Origin: Escherichia coli
GTDB lineage: Bacteria; Pseudomonadota; Gammaproteobacteria; Enterobacterales; Enterobacteriaceae
Assembly: GCF_017348835.2 (NCBI RefSeq)
Contig: NZ_CP071375.1
Length of the DNA stretch: 64,000 nucleotides
Reading direction: 5' to 3' (one strand)
This document shows positions 19,093-30,216 of this stretch, piece after piece (position 1 is the stretch's first letter; the number at the start of each line of letters is the position of its first letter). The notes under the pieces are model-generated. The model saw only the letters and a list, made by a program, of their open reading frames with translations. It did no database searches and was not told the origin of the DNA. The position numbers and the translations under genes are program-made.

Positions 19093-22000
19093 TGTTTTCG
19101 CGCTTTTTTGTTCGCCGCCCGGTCTTTGCCTGGGTTATCGCCATTTTGATTATGTTGGCGGGGATTCTGGCTATTCGCACATTGCCCGTCGCGCAATATC
19201 CTGACGTTGCGCCACCGACCATTAAAATTTCAGCCACTTATACTGGTGCTTCTGCCGAAACGCTGGAGAACAGCGTGACTCAGGTTATCGAGCAACAACT
19301 CACTGGGCTTGATAATTTACTCTATTTCAGCTCAACCAGCAGCTCTGATGGTTCGGTCAGTATTAATGTGACCTTTGAACAAGGTACCGATCCAGATACT
19401 GCACAGGTTCAGGTGCAGAATAAAATTCAGCAGGCCGAGTCGCGCCTACCCAGCGAAGTGCAGCAAACGGGTGTTACGGTGGAGAAATCACAAAGCAACT
19501 TTTTGCTGATTGCTGCCGTGTATGACACCACTGACAAAGCCTCCAGTTCGGATATCGCCGACTGGTTGGTTAGTAACGTTCAGGACCCGCTGGCGCGTGT
19601 TGAAGGTGTGGGGAGTCTGCAAGTCTTTGGCGCGGAATACGCTATGCGCATCTGGCTTGACCCGGCCAAACTGGCGTCTTATTCGCTAATGCCTTCAGAC
19701 GTGCAAAGTGCTATTGAAGCGCAAAACGTGCAGGTTACTGCCGGGAAAATAGGGGCATTGCCTTCACCGAATACTCAGCAACTGACCGCAACGGTACGTG
19801 CGCAGTCTCGCTTGCAGACGGTGGATCAGTTCAAAAATATTATCGTGAAAAGCCAGTCAGACGGCGCAGTTGTTCGTATAAAAGATGTGGCTCGTGTTGA
19901 GATGGGCAGTGAAGATTATACCGCTATCGGCAAACTTAACGGTCACCCGTCTGCCGGGGTTGCTGTAATGCTTTCGCCCGGTGCGAATGCGCTGAATACG
20001 GCGACGCTGGTCAAGGATAAGATTGCCGAATTCCAGCGGAACATGCCGCAGGGATACGACATCGCTTACCCGAAAGACAGCACTGAATTTATTAAAATCT
20101 CTGTAGAGGACGTAATTCAGACGCTGTTTGAAGCCATCGTATTGGTGGTTTGCGTGATGTATTTATTCCTGCAAAACCTGCGTGCCACACTGATTCCGGC
20201 GTTAGCTGTCCCCGTCGTTTTGCTGGGCACATTCGGCGTTCTTGCGTTGTTTGGCTATTCGATTAATACCCTGACGTTGTTTGCAATGGTGCTGGCGATC
20301 GGCTTGCTGGTGGACGATGCCATTGTGGTAGTGGAGAACGTCGAACGCATTATGCGTGACGAAGGGTTGCCCGCGCGTGAAGCCACGGAAAAATCAATGG
20401 GCGAGATTTCTGGCGCACTGGTTGCCATTGCGCTGGTGTTGTCAGCCGTATTCCTGCCTATGGCCTTCTTTGGGGGATCTACGGGGGTAATTTATCGTCA
20501 GTTTTCGATAACCATTATCTCCGCAATGCTGCTTTCCGTGGTGGTGGCATTGACCTTGACTCCCGCCCTGTGCGGTTCCGTCCTCCAGCATGTTCCGCCA
20601 CATAAAAAAGGCTTTTTCGGCGCATTTAACCGCTTTTACCGCCGTACTGAAGATAAATATCAGCGAGGCGTAATTTATGTCCTGCGCCGTGCTGCTCGAA
20701 CGATGGGGCTTTATCTCGTACTGGGTGGTGGAATGGCCCTGATGATGTGGAAACTGCCGGGCAGTTTCTTACCCACTGAAGACCAGGGCGAAATCATGGT
20801 GCAGTACACGCTGCCGGCCGGGGCGACCGCTGCCCGTACAGCAGAAGTGAATCGCCAGATTGTTGACTGGTTCCTGATTAACGAGAAAGCAAATACCGAT
20901 GTCATTTTTACCGTTGATGGTTTCAGTTTTAGCGGCAGCGGACAGAACACCGGGATGGCGTTTGTTTCGTTGAAAAACTGGTCTCAACGTAAAGGGGCAG
21001 AAAACACCGCCCAGGCTATCGCCCTACGGGCAACCAAAGAGCTGGGCACAATTCGTGATGCCACGGTATTTGCGATGACGCCGCCAGCCGTTGATGGGCT
21101 GGGGCAAAGCAATGGTTTTACGTTTGAATTGTTAGCTAACGGTGGAACCGATCGCGAAACACTACTGCAAATGCGTAATCAGTTGATAGAAAAAGCGAAT
21201 CAAAGTCCGGAGTTACATTCTGTTCGTGCCAATGATTTGCCACAAATGCCGCAATTGCAGGTAGATATTGATAGTAATAAAGCGGTGTCATTAGGGTTGA
21301 GTTTGAATGATGTCACCGACACCCTGTCCAGTGCGTGGGGCGGTACTTATGTGAATGACTTTATTGACCGTGGTCGTGTGAAAAAAGTCTACATTCAGGG
21401 CGACAGTGAATTTCGTTCCGCGCCGTCAGACTTAGGTAAATGGTTTGTGCGCGGTAGCGATAACGCCATGACACCATTCTCTGCTTTTGCGACCACCCGC
21501 TGGCTGTATGGACCGGAAAGACTGGTGCGCTACAACGGTTCTGCAGCCTATGAAATTCAGGGGGAAAATGCGACTGGCTTTAGTTCCGGCGATGCAATGA
21601 CAAAAATGGAGGAACTGGCAAACAGTCTTCCTGCGGGAACAACCTGGGCCTGGAGTGGTTTGTCATTGCAGGAGAAACTGGCCAGCGGTCAGGCATTGAG
21701 TCTGTATGCAGTTTCTATTCTGGTGGTTTTCCTCTGCCTTGCAGCACTGTACGAAAGCTGGTCAGTCCCGTTCTCGGTCATTCTGGTGATCCCTCTGGGG
21801 CTTCTTGGCGCGGCGCTGGCGGCCTGGATGCGTGATTTAAACAACGATGTTTACTTCCAGGTGGCGCTATTAACCACTATCGGCTTGTCGTCGAAAAACG
21901 CCATTCTGATTGTGGAATTTGCTGAAGCGGCGGTTGCAGAGGGCTATTCCTTGAGTCGTGCGGCATTACGCGCGGCGCAGACTCGTTTACGCCCAATCAT

Positions 22001-22199
22001 TATGACCTCGCTGGCGTTTATTGCGGGGGTAATGCCGCTGGCGATAGCAACCGGCGCAGGGGCGAACAGCCGCATCGCCATTGGTACGGGCATTATTGGC
22101 GGTACGCTGACCGCTACGTTGCTGGCTATTTTCTTTGTTCCTCTGTTTTTTGTACTGGTGAAACGTTTGTTTGCCGGTAAACCGCGCCGTCAGGAGTAA
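19092..22199 (+). CDS. RND (HAE1 family) inner-membrane multidrug efflux pump, AcrB/MexB-like (1035 aa)
   Basis: 12-TM RND architecture, characteristic N-terminus (MFSRFFVRRPVFAWVIAILIML); start overlaps MFP stop (ATGA). Confidence 0.93.
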   Translation: MFSRFFVRRPVFAWVIAILIMLAGILAIRTLPVAQYPDVAPPTIKISATYTGASAETLENSVTQVIEQQLTGLDNLLYFSSTSSSDGSVSINVTFEQGTDPDTAQVQVQNKIQQAESRLPSEVQQTGVTVEKSQSNFLLIAAVYDTTDKASSSDIADWLVSNVQDPLARVEGVGSLQVFGAEYAMRIWLDPAKLASYSLMPSDVQSAIEAQNVQVTAGKIGALPSPNTQQLTATVRAQSRLQTVDQFKNIIVKSQSDGAVVRIKDVARVEMGSEDYTAIGKLNGHPSAGVAVMLSPGANALNTATLVKDKIAEFQRNMPQGYDIAYPKDSTEFIKISVEDVIQTLFEAIVLVVCVMYLFLQNLRATLIPALAVPVVLLGTFGVLALFGYSINTLTLFAMVLAIGLLVDDAIVVVENVERIMRDEGLPAREATEKSMGEISGALVAIALVLSAVFLPMAFFGGSTGVIYRQFSITIISAMLLSVVVALTLTPALCGSVLQHVPPHKKGFFGAFNRFYRRTEDKYQRGVIYVLRRAARTMGLYLVLGGGMALMMWKLPGSFLPTEDQGEIMVQYTLPAGATAARTAEVNRQIVDWFLINEKANTDVIFTVDGFSFSGSGQNTGMAFVSLKNWSQRKGAENTAQAIALRATKELGTIRDATVFAMTPPAVDGLGQSNGFTFELLANGGTDRETLLQMRNQLIEKANQSPELHSVRANDLPQMPQLQVDIDSNKAVSLGLSLNDVTDTLSSAWGGTYVNDFIDRGRVKKVYIQGDSEFRSAPSDLGKWFVRGSDNAMTPFSAFATTRWLYGPERLVRYNGSAAYEIQGENATGFSSGDAMTKMEELANSLPAGTTWAWSGLSLQEKLASGQALSLYAVSILVVFLCLAALYESWSVPFSVILVIPLGLLGAALAAWMRDLNNDVYFQVALLTTIGLSSKNAILIVEFAEAAVAEGYSLSRAALRAAQTRLRPIIMTSLAFIAGVMPLAIATGAGANSRIAIGTGIIGGTLTATLLAIFFVPLFFVLVKRLFAGKPRRQE

Positions 22200-22202
22200 G
22201 TT

Positions 22203-23576
22203 ATGTTGCGTCGTTCTCTTATTTTTCTGGTGCTGTTGAGTGCGGGATGTGTCTCGCTCGATCCCCACTACAGCACGCCTGAATCCCCAATCCCGGCGAC
22301 CTTGCCGGGAGCACAGGGCCAGGGAAAGGCAATCAGCCATGACTGGCAGCAGGTGATCCACGATCCCCGATTGCAGCAAGTGGTGACTATTGCACTGAAC
22401 AGTAACCGCGATGTGCAAAAAGCGATTGCTGATATTGACTCAGCACGGGCGCTCTATGGGCAAACTAATGCGTCGTTATTCCCGACGGTGAATGCGGCCT
22501 TAAGTTCAACCCGCAGTCGTTCGCTGGCGAATGGTACGGAAACCACTGCCGAGGCTGACGGCACGGTGTCCAGTTTTACGTTAGATCTGTTTGGTCGTAA
22601 TCAGAGTTTATCTCGGGCGGCGCGAGAAACCTGGCTTGCCAGTGAATTTACAGCCCAGAACACCCGTTTAACGCTGATTGCTGAAATCAGCACCGCCTGG
22701 CTGACACTGGCGGCCGATAACAGCAACCTGGCCCTGGCAAAAGAAACGATGACCAGTGCAGAAAACTCATTGAAAATTATCCAGCGCCAGCAACAGGTTG
22801 GCACGGCGGCAGCGACAGATGTCAGTGAGGCGATGAGTGTTTATCAGCAAGCGCGCGCCAGCGTTGCCAGCTATCAGACACAAGTGATGCAGGATAAAAA
22901 TGCGCTGAACTTACTGGCAGGTACAACGCTTGAGGAAAATTTGCTACCGGGAACACTGGAAAGCCTGCCGGAACAGATGATAAGTCTGGTTCCTGCGGGA
23001 GTGTCATCTGACGTTCTGCTGCGTCGCCCGGATATCCAGGAAGCGGAACATAATTTGAAGAGCGCCAATGCCGATATTGGCGCGGCGCGGGCTAACTTTT
23101 TCCCGACGATTTCGCTGACTGCCAGCGCTGGTGTTGGCAGTGACGCATTGTCGTCGTTGTTCAGCCACGGAATGCAGATCTGGTCATTTACGCCATCGGT
23201 CACATTACCGCTGTTCACTGGCGGAAGTAATCTGGCGCAGCTTCGTTACGCAGAAGCACAAAAGCGTGGACTCATTGCCACCTATGAAAAAACCGTTCAG
23301 AGCGCATTTAAAGATGTCGCTAACGCACTGGCGCGGCGGACCACGCTTGAAGAGCAACTGGATGCACAGCGCCAGTATGTTAAAGCTGAGCAACAAACGG
23401 TCGATGTTGGCTTGCGTCGCTATCAGACGGGTGTTGGTGATTACCTGACCGTGTTGACGGCGCAGCGCAGCTTGTGGAGCGCACAGCAGGAGCTGCTGGC
23501 ACTGCAACTGACTGATTTTACAAACCGAATCACGCTCTGGCAGTCGCTGGGCGGCGGCATGTCATCACTCAAGTAA
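22203..23576 (+). CDS. outer-membrane efflux lipoprotein, OprM/NodT-family OMF (457 aa)
   Basis: lipobox LSAGC; OMF family repeats; 3 nt after RND stop. Confidence 0.9.
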   Translation: MLRRSLIFLVLLSAGCVSLDPHYSTPESPIPATLPGAQGQGKAISHDWQQVIHDPRLQQVVTIALNSNRDVQKAIADIDSARALYGQTNASLFPTVNAALSSTRSRSLANGTETTAEADGTVSSFTLDLFGRNQSLSRAARETWLASEFTAQNTRLTLIAEISTAWLTLAADNSNLALAKETMTSAENSLKIIQRQQQVGTAAATDVSEAMSVYQQARASVASYQTQVMQDKNALNLLAGTTLEENLLPGTLESLPEQMISLVPAGVSSDVLLRRPDIQEAEHNLKSANADIGAARANFFPTISLTASAGVGSDALSSLFSHGMQIWSFTPSVTLPLFTGGSNLAQLRYAEAQKRGLIATYEKTVQSAFKDVANALARRTTLEEQLDAQRQYVKAEQQTVDVGLRRYQTGVGDYLTVLTAQRSLWSAQQELLALQLTDFTNRITLWQSLGGGMSSLK

Positions 23577-23584
23577 GGAATAAT

Positions 23585-24748
23585 ATGGCTAGAGTCTCTC
23601 TTTCATGGGCATTGATTCTTGGTCTTTTAGCCGGTATCGGCCCGATGTGTACCGATCTTTATTTGCCGGCTTTGCCGGAGATGTCTGAGCAACTGGCGGC
23701 AACCACGACCATAACGCAATTAACGCTGACTGCATCACTGATCGGTCTTGGCGTCGGACAACTGTTATTTGGCCCTCTGAGCGACAAAATAGGGCGTAAA
23801 CGTCCGTTAATCTTGTCGTTGCTATTGTTTATTGTTTCTTCCATTTTGTGCGCGACAACGAACAATATTTACTGGCTGGTGATCTGGCGTTTTATTCAAG
23901 GGATCGCGGGGGCGGGTGGTTCGGTGCTCTCTCGTTCTATTGCTCGTGACAAATATCAGGGAGTAACGTTGACCCAGTTTTTTGCGCTGTTAATGACGGT
24001 GAATGGCCTGGCACCGGTGTTGTCGCCAGTGCTGGGCGGGTACATTGTTAGCACTTTTGACTGGCGCACTTTATTCTGGGTAATGGCTGAAATTAGCACC
24101 GTATTGTTGCTGGGCTGCGTGTTATTTATTAATGAGACCTTGCCAGAAAATAAAAGGGGCTCATCATTGCTATTAACCGGACGAAGCGTGGTGCAGAACC
24201 GCCGTTTTATGCGCTTTTGCCTGATTCAAAGTTTTATGCTGGCAGGTTTGTTTGCGTATATCGGCTCTTCGTCGTTCGTGTTGCAGAAGGAATTTGGCTT
24301 TAGTCCAATGCAATTTAGCCTGGTGTTTGGCCTTAACGGCATCGGACTTATCATTGCTTCATGGATCTTTTCGCGTCTGGCGCGACGGATTAATGCGATG
24401 ACATTGTTGCGAGGTGGCCTGATAGCGGCAATTTTGTGTGCATTGCTCACGGTCTTATGCGCATGGACACAATTGCCCATTCCGGCACTGGTGGCATTAT
24501 TTTTCACTATTGCATTTTGTAGCGGCATCGGCACTGTTGGCGGGGCAGAGGCTATGAGTGCAGTAGGGACGCAGGAATCTGGAACGGCGTCTGCGTTGAT
24601 GGGGATGAGCATGTTTGTCTTCGGCGGTATAGCCGCGCCATTGTCGGGATTTGGCGGAGAAACACTGTTAAAAATGAGTCTGGCAATTACGGTGTGTTAT
24701 ACACTGGCATTCCTGGTTGCTCTCACCAGAATCGACAATCAAAAGTAA
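23585..24748 (+). CDS. MFS transporter, Bcr/CflA drug-resistance subfamily (387 aa)
   Basis: 12-TM MFS with motif GPLSDKIGRKRP; AAGGA RBS; 8 nt after OMF stop. Confidence 0.88.
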   Translation: MARVSLSWALILGLLAGIGPMCTDLYLPALPEMSEQLAATTTITQLTLTASLIGLGVGQLLFGPLSDKIGRKRPLILSLLLFIVSSILCATTNNIYWLVIWRFIQGIAGAGGSVLSRSIARDKYQGVTLTQFFALLMTVNGLAPVLSPVLGGYIVSTFDWRTLFWVMAEISTVLLLGCVLFINETLPENKRGSSLLLTGRSVVQNRRFMRFCLIQSFMLAGLFAYIGSSSFVLQKEFGFSPMQFSLVFGLNGIGLIIASWIFSRLARRINAMTLLRGGLIAAILCALLTVLCAWTQLPIPALVALFFTIAFCSGIGTVGGAEAMSAVGTQESGTASALMGMSMFVFGGIAAPLSGFGGETLLKMSLAITVCYTLAFLVALTRIDNQK

Positions 24749-24752
24749 TGAA

Positions 24753-24789
24753 TACCTCATCCTGAGGGGGGGGCCCTGTCAGGATGAGG
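24753..24789. terminator. stem-loop between convergent MFS gene and sapF (ACCTCATCCTGA...TCAGGATGAGGT)
   Basis: 12-bp perfect inverted repeat with G-rich 13-nt loop in a 50-bp gap between two convergent stops. Confidence 0.5.
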
Positions 24790-24798
24790 TGCAGAACA

Positions 24799-25605
24799 CT
24801 AACGGTCCTTACGCCACGCATCCGCCGTCAATGCTTCGCCAAAGTGCCCGGCAATCAGCCGTTTGGTGAGTTCATGCAGCGGTGATGCCAGCACATCCGC
24901 GGTGCTGCCTCGCTCGACAACCTCGCCCTGATGCATCACCAGCACCTGGTCGCTAATGTGCTTCATCATTCCGATATGCTGGGTAACATAAATATACGAA
25001 ATGCCCTGTTTTTCCTGTAATTCCAGCATCAGATTAATCAACTGCGAACGCATCGACATATCCAGTGAAGCGAGGGCTTCATCGGCAATAATGACTTTTG
25101 GGCGCAATATCAGCGCGCGCGCCAGACCCAGACGCTGTTTTTGCCCGGGGGCCAACATATGCGGATAGTAACTGACGTGATCCGGTAGCAGCCCAACCAT
25201 ACGCATCGTTTCAATAATCTGTTTGCGACGCTGTTCCGGTTCCAGGTTGGTGTTCAGGCGCAGTGGAAAATCCAGAATTTGCGAGATACGTTGACGGGGA
25301 TTCAACGAGGTCGAAGGATCCTGAAAAATCATGCGAATACGCTGACTGCGGAAGGAATAATCGCCAAAATGCAGTGGATGATCGTCAATCAATAACTCGC
25401 CGCTGGTAGGTTCTATCATTCCCGCCAGCATTTTTGCCAGCGTGGATTTACCCGAACCATTCTCGCCGATAATCGCCAGTGTCTGGCCTTCACGTAGCGT
25501 AAAGCTCAAGGGTTTTACCGCTTCTACGGTTTGACGACGAAACCAGCCGGTCCGGTAGCGGAACGTTTTACTTAAATTACGCACTTCAAGCAGCGTTTCG
25601 ATCAT
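24799..25605 (-). CDS. sapF: peptide ABC transporter ATP-binding protein SapF (268 aa)
   Basis: Walker A GENGSGKST, ABC signature; sap operon synteny. Confidence 0.95.
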   Translation of the reverse strand: MIETLLEVRNLSKTFRYRTGWFRRQTVEAVKPLSFTLREGQTLAIIGENGSGKSTLAKMLAGMIEPTSGELLIDDHPLHFGDYSFRSQRIRMIFQDPSTSLNPRQRISQILDFPLRLNTNLEPEQRRKQIIETMRMVGLLPDHVSYYPHMLAPGQKQRLGLARALILRPKVIIADEALASLDMSMRSQLINLMLELQEKQGISYIYVTQHIGMMKHISDQVLVMHQGEVVERGSTADVLASPLHELTKRLIAGHFGEALTADAWRKDR

Positions 25606-25606
25606 C

Positions 25607-26599
25607 TCACTCTTTCTCCATGTTCAGCGGGAAATGACAGGCATAGAGATGATTTTTCGCCCCCGTCAAACGTGGCGTCACAATGCATTCTCGTTGTGCA
25701 TACGGGCAACGTGGCCCCAGACGACAACCAATCGGTAACTGTTCCAGCAGTGGGATAGCGCCAGGCAGCGTATTGAGGCGACTTTTATGCGGCATCGCGC
25801 TGCCGAAGTCTGGTATCGCGCGGATCAGCGCCTGGGTATAAGGATGATGTGGCATCGTCACCAACTCCTTACTTGGCGCGGTTTCCACCGTTTGACCGCA
25901 GTAAAGCACGTTAATTTTATCCGCCCATTGGCTAAGCATTTGTAAGTCATGGCTGATAAGCAAAATAGTGGTATTGCTGTTTTGGTTGAGACGCGTCAAC
26001 AGGCGAAAGATTTGCGCCTGGGTTGTTGGCTCCATTGAGTTTGTCGGTTCGTCAGCAATCAGCAGACGCGGTTGATTCGCCAGTGCAATGGCTATCATCA
26101 CTTTCTGACATTCACCTTCGGTCAACTCATAGGGAAAACTGCGCATCGCATCTTTGTGATCTTTAATCCCCACGCGGTGCAGCAGTTCAATGGCACGGCG
26201 TTTGCGCCAGCCAAAACGCTGCCACCAACGGCCTTTATAGGTCCAGGCTGGGATGTTTTGCATCAACTGGCGATCCACACGTTCTGAAGGATCAAGACAC
26301 GACTGCGGTTCCTGGAAAATCATCGACACGTTGTGACCAACCAGCTTGCGCCGTTCGCGTGCGGAGAGACGCAGCAAATCGATATCATCAAAACGCATAC
26401 GGTCTGCAGTAACACGCCAGTTATCTTTATTCACCCCACAAATCGCTTTCGCAATCAAACTCTTGCCGGAACCGGATTCGCCAACAAGACCGCGGATTTC
26501 ACCTTCGGTTAAGGTCATACTTACCCGGTCAACGGCTTTAACCCACTCATCCCCGGTTTTAAATTCAATAGTCAGGTTACGAATATCGAGTAATGGCAT
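25607..26599 (-). CDS. sapD: peptide ABC transporter ATP-binding protein SapD (330 aa)
   Basis: Walker A GESGSGKS; start overlaps sapC stop. Confidence 0.95.
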   Translation of the reverse strand: MPLLDIRNLTIEFKTGDEWVKAVDRVSMTLTEGEIRGLVGESGSGKSLIAKAICGVNKDNWRVTADRMRFDDIDLLRLSARERRKLVGHNVSMIFQEPQSCLDPSERVDRQLMQNIPAWTYKGRWWQRFGWRKRRAIELLHRVGIKDHKDAMRSFPYELTEGECQKVMIAIALANQPRLLIADEPTNSMEPTTQAQIFRLLTRLNQNSNTTILLISHDLQMLSQWADKINVLYCGQTVETAPSKELVTMPHHPYTQALIRAIPDFGSAMPHKSRLNTLPGAIPLLEQLPIGCRLGPRCPYAQRECIVTPRLTGAKNHLYACHFPLNMEKE

Positions 26600-27489
26600 T
26601 ATTCCACCCCCGCAATAATTGCACGACGGACACCGTCGCCAAGGAGGTTAACCAACAGCACGCTAATCATAATTGCCGCACCAGGCAGCATGACAGTCCA
26701 CGGGGCGACATAAATCAGTTCCAGCGCATCACCGAGCATCGCTCCCCATTCAGGCGAGGGGAGTTGTGCGCCGAGATCGAGAAAGCCCAGCGCGGCGATA
26801 TCGAGAATTGCCATCGACAGTGCGCGGGTGATCTCGGTGACCAGCCCGGCGGTGATGTTAGGCATCACAGCAAACCAGAGAATATTCAGCGTTGATGCGC
26901 CATCCAGACGGGCGGCGATCACGTACTCTTTTTCCAGTTCGTCATGCACCATGCTGTAAATCGAACGTACCATACGCGGCAGCAATGCCAGCCAGACAGC
27001 AAACATGGCGTGGGACAAACTCGGTCCGGCAAACGCTACAACGATAATTGCCAGCAGCAGCGAAGGGATCGCCAGTAAGGTATCCAGAATATGGTTAAGC
27101 ACCGCTGAGCGGAGGCCGTGCGTCGCCCCGGCGAAGGTGCCCAGTACCAGGCCACAGATCGTCGCGGCAAGTGTCACCACAAATGCGCCACCCACGGTTG
27201 GCGCAGCTCCGCTCAGTAAACGGCTTAAAACATCGCGTCCGAGGTCGTCAGTCCCCAGGAAGAAAGAAACTTCGCCATAGCGCGACCATGATGGCGGCAA
27301 TAATTGATAACCGAGAAATTGCTGGTCGATGCCGTAAGGCGCAAACCAGCCGCCAAAAATACACAGTACAGCCAGCCCCGCGCAGCCGTACAGGCCGACC
27401 ATCGCAGAGGCGTCACTATAAAATTTGCGCCAGGCGGTACGCAGCGTGCCCGGCGGGCGCTTTTCGCTGTATACGCTATCGTAAGGCAT
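26599..27489 (-). CDS. sapC: peptide ABC transporter permease SapC (296 aa)
   Basis: ABC permease TM pattern; overlaps sapB and sapD. Confidence 0.95.
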
Positions 27490-28441
27490 ACCATTCCTTA
27501 TGTTTCAGAGGGTTAGCCATGGCACCCAAAATATCAGAAATCACGTTAACAATAATGACCAGTGAGCCACACACCATCACTCCGGCGGAAATGGCTGCGT
27601 AATCCTGCTGGCGGATGGCGTTAATTAACCAGCGCCCTAAACCCGGCCAGCTAAAAACCATTTCGGTGATCATCGCCAGCGTCAGCATGGTGGAAAACTG
27701 TAAGCCCAGGCGAGGAATAACCGGCGGTAACGCGTTATGCAGAACGTGGCGACGCAAAATAGTAAAGCGCGACAAACCACGGGTCGCCGCCGCTTTTACA
27801 TAGTTCTGGTCATACACTTCGATAGTGCTGATACGCATCAGGCGGATCACTTCAGTTGTTGGCGCAACCGACAGGGTGATCACGGGCAATATCATATGGC
27901 GGATTGCGCTCATGATCATTTCATCCCGCCATGGTGAGTCCGAAAGCCAGGCATCAATCAACGCAAAACCGGTAATCGGTTTCACTTCGTAGAGCAGATC
28001 GAAACGCCCTGAAACGGGCAACCAACCTAGCGTGAGTGAACAAAACAGCGTCAACAGAAGCGCCAGCCAGAACACCGGGATTGAAAAGCCCAGCAAGGCG
28101 ATGGCGTTGATCAAGTTATCCTGCCACTTATGGCGCGTAATCCCGGCAATCATCCCCACGGGGATGCCAACAATCAGCGCAAAACCGAAGGCGAGGATGC
28201 ACAGTTCCATCGTCGCCGGGAAGACCTCTTTTAACTGTTCGGCAATTGGTTGACCGTTAATGCTGGAAACACCAAAATCCCAGTGGATCAGGCCGTTAAA
28301 CCAGAACACCCAGGCATTCCACAGTGACGCGCCTTGTAACGGCGCGTGTGGAGTGAAATAGCTCAAGCTGAAGCCAACGAAGGTCAGCAGGAACAAGGTG
28401 ACAATCAATAACAAAATGCGGCGTAAGGTGAAGATAATCAT
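27476..28441 (-). CDS. sapB: peptide ABC transporter permease SapB (321 aa)
   Basis: ABC permease; 4-nt overlap with sapA stop. Confidence 0.95.
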
Positions 28442-30081
28442 GGTTTTTTCACCTCATCCTGTTTCTCGCGATACACCCCAGCAAAGGAGGCGTTACCAAA
28501 CGGGCTAAGTACCAGACCTTTGATATCGTACCGATAGGCCTGCAAACGCAATGACGACGCCAGCGGCAGAATAGGTAATTCCTGCGCCAGAATACTTTGC
28601 GCTTCGTCATAGGCTTCAATACGCGCCGCCAGCTGCTGCGAAGAGAGCGCCTTACGCAATACGCTGTCGAATTTCGGATCGCACCAGTGGGCGAGGTTGG
28701 TCTGCGAATGAATTGCCGCGCAGCTCAGTAACGGACGGAAGAAACTGTCCGGGTCGTTACTGTCCGTCGCCCAACCGGATAACGTCAGATCATGGCTCAT
28801 ATCCATCAACCGCGCCTCCTGGAAGCGACCTTCTACCGGCACAATCACCACTTTTACGCCAACCTGCGCCATATCCGCCTGAATCAGTTCGGCAGTTTTC
28901 AGTGGACTGGGGTTCCACGCCTGCGAACGTGTTGGCACCCACAGTTTCAGCGTTAAATTTTCCAGCCCCAACGACTTCAACTGTTCGCGCGATTTCGCCG
29001 GATTGTATTCAGTAATTTTAGCCTCGTTGTCATAGGCCCACGAGGCGCGCGGTAAAATAGAGGCCGCTGTTTCAGCCGTACCATAATAGATGGATTGCAT
29101 CAGGCGCTGGTTATTAATCGCCAGTGCCAGCGCATGGCGGACAGCGGGATTATTTAGCGGCGGTTTGGCGGTGTTAAATGCCAGATAGGCGACGTTCATC
29201 CCAGGACGCAGCGTTAAACGCAAGCGCGGGTCGTCACGCAAAATGGATAGCTGGCTGGCAGCAGGCCAGGCCAGAACGTCGCATTCCCCGGTCAGGAGTT
29301 TCGACAGACGTCCGGTGCCGCCGGAGCCTAAATCCACCACCACCTGCGGCATTAACGGTTTACCGCGCCAGAAGTCATCATGACGTTGTAGGCGAATAAA
29401 TTGCCCGGCGCGGTATTCCGACAACTGATATGGCCCAGTGCCGACCGGTTGACGGTCGAGTTGCTCCTGGCGATCTTCTTTCTCTAACTTCCGGGCATAT
29501 TCTGCCGACATGACCGAAGCATAATGGGTTGCGAGGTGCCACAAAAAAGAAGCATCCGGCTGAGCCAGACGGAACTCAACGGTATGATTATCCAGTTTAC
29601 GGACGCTTTTCACGTTATCGGCAAATTGCAGGCTGTCGAAGTAGGGGAAGTTGCTGCCGTTGACGTTATGCCACGGGTTGTTGCGGTCAAAAATTCGCTG
29701 GAAGGTAAACACCACATCGTCGGCATTCATTTTACGAGTGGGAGTAAACCAGTCGGTTTTTTGAAACGGAACATCGCGACGTAGGTGGAAGCGATAGGTC
29801 GCGCCGTTGTCGAGTACTTCCCAGCTTTCGGCAAGTTCTGGCATCAGGCGATAGGTATAGGGATCGACATCCAGCAGTCGATCATAAAACTGGGCGGCAA
29901 GGGTATCGACAATTAACCCACTGCTCGCTTTGGATGGGTTAAAGGTGTTGACTTGCCCGCTGACGCAATAGACAAAACCGCTGTCGCGGATATCAACATG
30001 CGGGGGGGATTCAGGCGCGGCGATTGCCTGACCACTCACAAGTCCAGCAATCACCAAAAGAGACGATAATACCTGGCGCAT
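28438..30081 (-). CDS. sapA: periplasmic peptide-binding protein SapA (547 aa)
   Basis: signal peptide; family 5 solute-binding protein; first gene of sapABCDF. Confidence 0.95.
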   Translation of the reverse strand: MRQVLSSLLVIAGLVSGQAIAAPESPPHVDIRDSGFVYCVSGQVNTFNPSKASSGLIVDTLAAQFYDRLLDVDPYTYRLMPELAESWEVLDNGATYRFHLRRDVPFQKTDWFTPTRKMNADDVVFTFQRIFDRNNPWHNVNGSNFPYFDSLQFADNVKSVRKLDNHTVEFRLAQPDASFLWHLATHYASVMSAEYARKLEKEDRQEQLDRQPVGTGPYQLSEYRAGQFIRLQRHDDFWRGKPLMPQVVVDLGSGGTGRLSKLLTGECDVLAWPAASQLSILRDDPRLRLTLRPGMNVAYLAFNTAKPPLNNPAVRHALALAINNQRLMQSIYYGTAETAASILPRASWAYDNEAKITEYNPAKSREQLKSLGLENLTLKLWVPTRSQAWNPSPLKTAELIQADMAQVGVKVVIVPVEGRFQEARLMDMSHDLTLSGWATDSNDPDSFFRPLLSCAAIHSQTNLAHWCDPKFDSVLRKALSSQQLAARIEAYDEAQSILAQELPILPLASSLRLQAYRYDIKGLVLSPFGNASFAGVYREKQDEVKKP

Positions 30082-30185
30082 AATATTAAGGGATTTTATG
30101 TAAAGAGGCTATCTTACTAATATTTAATGACATTTGCCATTACCGTTTGTGTTCAGGGGTCGTAATGAGGGCCGTGTGGTTGGTC

Positions 30186-30216
30186 GTTGAACAGATGGCG
30201 TCGCCATCTGTTCAAC
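30186..30216. repeat. 31-bp perfect palindrome (GTTGAACAGATGGCG-T-CGCCATCTGTTCAAC) in the ymjA-sapA intergenic region
   Basis: 15-bp perfect inverted repeat arms with a single central base; about 105 bp upstream of sapA start. Confidence 0.6.
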
